From Schmidtea nova (lineage: Eukaryota), in assembly GCA_044892505.1 (NCBI GenBank), contig CM097882.1, positions 196,540,001 to 196,604,000 on the forward strand: a stretch of DNA of 64,000 nucleotides, in the 5' to 3' direction. Positions 62,962 to 64,000 of the stretch are shown in pieces. Position numbers and translations under genes: made by a program. Under the pieces are notes generated by a model, which made no database searches, was not told the DNA's origin, and saw nothing but the letters and a program-made list of their open reading frames with translations. Numbering within the stretch: the first letter of the stretch is position 1; each line of letters opens with the position of its first letter.

Positions 62962-63505
62962 TAGGGTTTTTCAGTTAAATAAATAATTATCTCAAATAAA
63001 AAAAATAATTATCTCAAGTAAAAAAATAATTGCCTCAGATCAATTATAAAAAATAAATAATTAATTGTTTTATAAAATGTAAAAAATATTTAAAGTAAAA
63101 AATTACACTTTAAATGGTGGAAACAACGAAATAAATTATTTTAAAATTGAGTGGCTTTTTGTAACAATATGTAATATGTTTATTTTTAGATCCTTAAACA
63201 TGAAAAATTTCACAAATTACACAATGACTGATTACATAATCATAAAATCCATAGATCCAAGTAATGTATATGCTCTTGGAACTGCAATTGCTGCTGGTAA
63301 TGAAGAAATATCTGCACCTGATTGTAACGGTTATTTTTCTCATATGAGACAATTTGTTGTGAAAGAATTATTGAGATTATTATTTTACTTTAAACTAATT
63401 ACATTATATAAAACAATTATTTATTTATTTGAGATAATTATTTGTTAATTTGAGATAATTATTTTTTTTATTTGAGTTAATTATTTATTTAACTGAGAAA
63501 TCCTG
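62962..63505. mobile_element. Long-TIR MITE whose left terminus was hit by LTR element C
   Basis: AGGGTTTTTCAGTTAAATAAATAATTATCTCAAATAAAAAAATAATTATCTCAA is inverted at 63425-63505 (..AACTGAGAAATCCTG); TA flanks. Confidence 0.65.
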
Positions 63506-64000
63506 TATTTTCAACTTCTTTTACTTTATTTCTTTTCAAACTATTTTATTTGTTAACACAAATTTTTACTAAATCCTTTTTCTCAAAATGTTTTGCGTAT
63601 AATAATTAATATGAATTAAATTCTTTTTGGCATAGAAGTTAACAAGCAATGTAATTCGATTGCATTTAACAAGATTAGTTCTATTATTAATAAATTTATC
63701 ACCAATATTTGGACTGGACAAAATTAATGAAAATGAATTAATTGAATTCAAGATTTAAGATTAATATATTTTAACATAATTTTAATTTAAGATATTTCGT
63801 TAGAAATGTTGGGCAAAACCACAAATTGTTTTAATGGAGCGATAACCCCATAGGTAGAGAGCGCGCAAAATTCAGTTTTAACCCAAAAATCCATTAAAAA
63901 TCCAAACGATTAAGTGAAAAACAACAAAAGGTGAAGTGGACTCAAAACACATCAACCAGTAGAGAACGCGCTAGCTGTGAGTCTGAAAGCCCTTACATTG

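Overview
AT-rich eukaryotic (very likely animal) genomic scaffold with two assembly gaps (3887-4156, 15852-15987). One intact host gene is fully reconstructable: a 10-exon pyruvate kinase on the minus strand (45683-20852, 540 aa). It mixes 42-53 nt micro-introns with 2-10.7 kb TE-filled introns and has a nested 2-EF-hand gene. The left end holds an apparently intact Polinton/Maverick-type element (penton start, spliced DDE-chromo integrase, pX-like core protein, packaging ATPase) that also carries a TBP-like gene. Next comes a decayed hAT transposon interrupted by a 908-bp TG..CA insert carrying a PSMG1-like ORF. There are three small Ty3/Gypsy elements with 5-bp TSDs, plus many piggyBac, Tc1/mariner and pogo remnants and MITEs. 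Two observations stand out. (1) A 2298-bp TTAA-flanked, piggyBac-ended element inside a PK intron carries a CRESS-virus-type Rep gene (HUH endonuclease plus SF3 helicase) split by two host-style micro-introns. (2) All three Gypsy elements have a primer-binding site complementary to nucleotides 1-12 at the 5' END of tRNAs rather than to the 3' CCA end. All calls are by eye, and no database searches were run.
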